Positions 49,806 through 52,966 of a stretch of DNA of 52,966 bases are shown in pieces. The notes beneath the pieces are model-generated. The model searched no databases. It worked only from the letters and a program-made list of their open reading frames with translations, and was not told the DNA's origin. Source of the DNA: Octopus bimaculoides. Its lineage: Eukaryota. Both the position numbers and the translations under genes were made by a program. The DNA lies in assembly GCF_001194135.2 (NCBI RefSeq), contig NC_068985.1:82933866-82986831 (forward strand). The letters run 5' to 3'. How positions within the stretch are numbered: position 1 is the stretch's first letter; every line of letters starts with the position of its first letter.

Positions 49806-52060
49806 ATGTGAAAAATCAGGTTTAAGGGCTGCTGAATTGAAGAACACCAGGGCCTGGTGGAATCCAAGGCTTCTGGGTGAAAGGATTCAAGGGTATACAA
49901 ATAAATTTGTGTTATCACCAGGACCAATGCACTTTTGATAGTGAGGTACCCAGTTGGATAATTGGTGGACAAATGCTTCTTATCAAGAAAGACATAAACA
50001 AGGACCCTGTGGCCATTAATTATCATTTTATTACATGTTTTAACTAATATGGAAAATTCTAACAGGAATAATTGTTGAAAATATGTACATATACCTAGAA
50101 ATGAATGACTTACTGCCTATCCATCAGAAAGGCTGAACAAAATGGTCACAGAGCACAAAAGTTCTCCTGACTGTTGACAAAATGTCTTTGAGGAACAGCA
50201 GAAAAATGAAAGACAAATTTGCTGATGGCTTGGATTGATTTCAAAAAATATATAGTATGGTACCGTACTCCTGGATATTGGAGTCCCTGAACATGTTTAA
50301 GTTTGCCGAGAATGTACAAAAATTAATGAGTGAGAGCATAGAAAACTAGAGAACTGCATTGTTTTCCAATGGTTGAGAACTTGGCAGTGTTGACACCAAA
50401 TTTGACATCTTTCAAGGTGACTTGTTTTCTCCCTAGCTCTTTGTCATTGTTCCTGATTCCTCTGAACAGAATGCTTTAGAAGATAGGAGCGGGTTACCAG
50501 TTGGGAAAATGATACTGGACTATAGTCATCTGCACTTTAGAGATGAACTTAAACTATTTTGAAAATAAAAATGTGATCCAATCCTTGGTGCAAATTGTTT
50601 TTGTAGTGAGTATAGACATACAGATGGTGATGGTTATCACAAAATGTGCCACTATCACTATGCACAAGGTAAGGGGAAAATTGGAGAATAGCAAATGGGA
50701 TAGAATTACCCAATGGAGAAAGAATGACAGAACTTAAGGAAGCAGGATATAGGTATCTAAGAGTACTGGAGTTAGATGATATAATGTCTAGAGAGACAAA
50801 GGAGTGAGCTGAAAAGATCTACATTTATAGACTTGGTAAGGTTCTGAAGATTTAGGTTAGTTCCCATAAATTTGTGTGTGCTATAAACACCTGGGCTGTT
50901 GTTTGCTGTTATGTACAATACAGCCATACTTGACTGGACACCAGAGGAAATTAAAGAAATGGAACACTGTACATAGAAATTGTTGTACAAATTCAAATTT
51001 CTCTACCTGAAAGCAAATGTGATGCACCTGTACATGGACTGCAGCAGGGGCTTGATTGGAAGGTGTTGCTGTAGAGAGAGAGAGAGAGAGAGAAAAGCTG
51101 GATTCTTATCTTGTAAATAGCAATGAGGTTTTGGTACAATATGTTGCTGAGTCAGTCAATTTGAAGGGGGAAGAAATTGAAGCCAATGATTCATATAAAG
51201 ATAAAGTAGAGAAGGGGAGAGAGAGAGAGAGAGAGAGTTGTTGGTCAAAGGAAACTAAAAATGAAAAGACAACTAAAAATGTGGAGACTGATGATTGATG
51301 GACATGGTTAAGTGAAAATGAACCAAAGAGGGAACTGGAAAGTCGTCGTATCGCATCTCAAGATCAAGTCCTTGCAGTCAACTCCATGATGATGCCTGTC
51401 TACAAGATTGCTAAGAGCTGCTTGTGTAGGAAAGATTAGGGAATGTGGCACACATTGTTAGTGAAGTGCTTACACAACATGGAATACAAAGCACACAATG
51501 ACTAAGTGAGTCCATATATTCACTGCGTTCTGTGAATTAGAAATACATGGGAAATGGTATGAATACAAAACAGAGCGAAGTCATGGAGAACAACATTGCT
51601 AAAATTTTGTGGGGTTTCAATGTACAAACAGGCAGAGTGATCAAGCATAGATGACTGGACATTATATTGGTGGCTGAAGAGTCCCACAAAACTTTCATTA
51701 TTGATACAGCTTCCAAGGTGACCATAATGTAGCAGCTAAAGAAGCCGAAAAGATTACCTACCAACTATGCAAAGTTAAGGGTGGAATTAGAAAGAATGTG
51801 ATACACCATTACTAAAGTTATTCCTGTAATGGTAGGAGCAGTGGGGTCCATCCTAAAAACTGCTACAAATCCTTGACCAACTTAAAATGTAATATGACCT
51901 TTAACAAAAGCAAAAACAAAAACAAAAAGACCTGCCTTTATTAGGCACTGTTTATATCCTGTGAAAGGTTTTCTATGTCAGAATCGAGGGACTTCAAAAA
52001 ACAAAATCAAACCAGCTTTTAGAAACTGTGAGAAGCACAATAATAAATATAATAAAAACA
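49800..52060 (+). mobile_element. Decayed R4/Dong-like RLE LINE, RT domain 0 through endonuclease
   Basis: GPGGIQGFWVK..NYHFITCL..LLPIHQKG..AWIDFKK..IFQGDLFSP..SHLHFRDELKLF (decayed YMDD)..AINTWAVV..ASQDQVL..VIPVMVGAVGSI..LLGTVYIL. Many stops and frameshifts. Confidence 0.9.
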
Positions 52061-52285
52061 ATAAGGATTTATAATATAATATTGCAATAAGGAATTCAAA
52101 TGTAATTTCAGAATATAACAGGTATTGATTTTAATCTTTCCTCGAAAGATTAAATGTAAATCAAATTTGGCAGGAATTTGAACTCAGAATTTAGAGATGG
52201 AACAAAATATTGCAAGGCATTTTGTTCATCTGTCTCTCCCCTCTCCTTATTTGTCTATCTGTCTGTCTGTCTGTATGTATGTCTC

Positions 52286-52354
<69 letters not shown>

Positions 52355-52724
52355 CCCACGTATCTGTCTAACAATCATATTCTTCTTCAATCCAACATGG
52401 ATTCAACCTAACAATCATTGTAATAGTAGTAACCACAATAATTTTTAGGAATCTCTCCAGTAATTGTCACTGTAAAGATTCCATATTATGTCAGATTGGT
52501 GGGTATTAGTAAACGAATCACAAAAATAATACATTTTTCTAGTTCAAAGAACAGCTACATTTGGAAAAGAGTTTTTCTTTTGTGGCTTTCTCCGCCTAAC
52601 TTCTCTTAATTGTATGAATGATTGTTGTTATGGCAGTAAAACATAGACAGATTCTTTTGAGGGGGTTCCATAGCCTTTTATGTAATCTCAACCAAATATG
52701 TGTTTAAACAGTCTATCTATGCAA

Positions 52725-52930
52725 CTACGTGTGTCTGAGTATTGTCTATTGCTGCCCACTGCGTATTGCGTATGTGGTGTTTGGTACTGTGCGTGCAAGT
52801 TGAGACACTCCATCACCGCCTTTATTTCACATTCAGACGGTCATTTACTCACGGCCGCTGACCAAAGTAACACGATAAAGCATGATTACATTGTTCTCTG
52901 CTTTAACTGCGTACCGATTGGCTATCGTCC
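52725..52930. promoter_or_regulatory. Candidate promoter-like CpG-retaining island with a CCAAT box
   Basis: 12 CpGs in about 200 bp of non-repetitive sequence. CCGATTGGCT at 52914-52923 reads AGCCAATCGG (NF-Y-type) on the minus strand. Confidence 0.4.
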
Positions 52931-52966
52931 AGCAGGTCCCCCCTCTTTTTTTATTATTCAATCTTT

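Noticed and set aside
1-52966. tRNA genes, rRNA genes, CRISPR arrays
   Set aside because: tRNA-like A/B boxes occur only in SINE heads. There is no rRNA similarity, and the tandem arrays lack unique spacers.

Overview
This is an AT-rich, microsatellite-dense eukaryotic region with 12 assembly gaps. The SINE and LINE families look like those of Octopus (coleoid cephalopod); this is an inference from recalled repeat sequences, not a database search. No host protein-coding gene can be supported: the long ORFs in the track are microsatellite translations, read through N-gaps, or are transposon relics. The window is a layered transposon graveyard. It holds three tRNA-derived SINE families, RTE, Tx1/L1 and R4/Dong-type (restriction-like endonuclease, RLE) LINE relics, a Ty1/Copia RT-RNaseH relic, a probable solo LTR, hAT elements with perfect 8-bp target-site duplications (TSDs), TTAA/piggyBac-type MITEs and a Helentron-like element. 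The most interesting observations are: (i) one hAT-type MITE whose two copies each expanded a different internal segment into a higher-order minisatellite; (ii) a hammerhead ribozyme motif at 34.5 kb; (iii) a nested RTE/hAT/hAT structure that reconstructs exactly; (iv) a perfect 110-bp palindrome at a gap edge; (v) a CpG-rich CCAAT region at the right end plus a well-formed minus-strand 50-nt exon candidate ending in ATG AAA, which may mean the window is a long 5' intron of a minus-strand gene (speculative).
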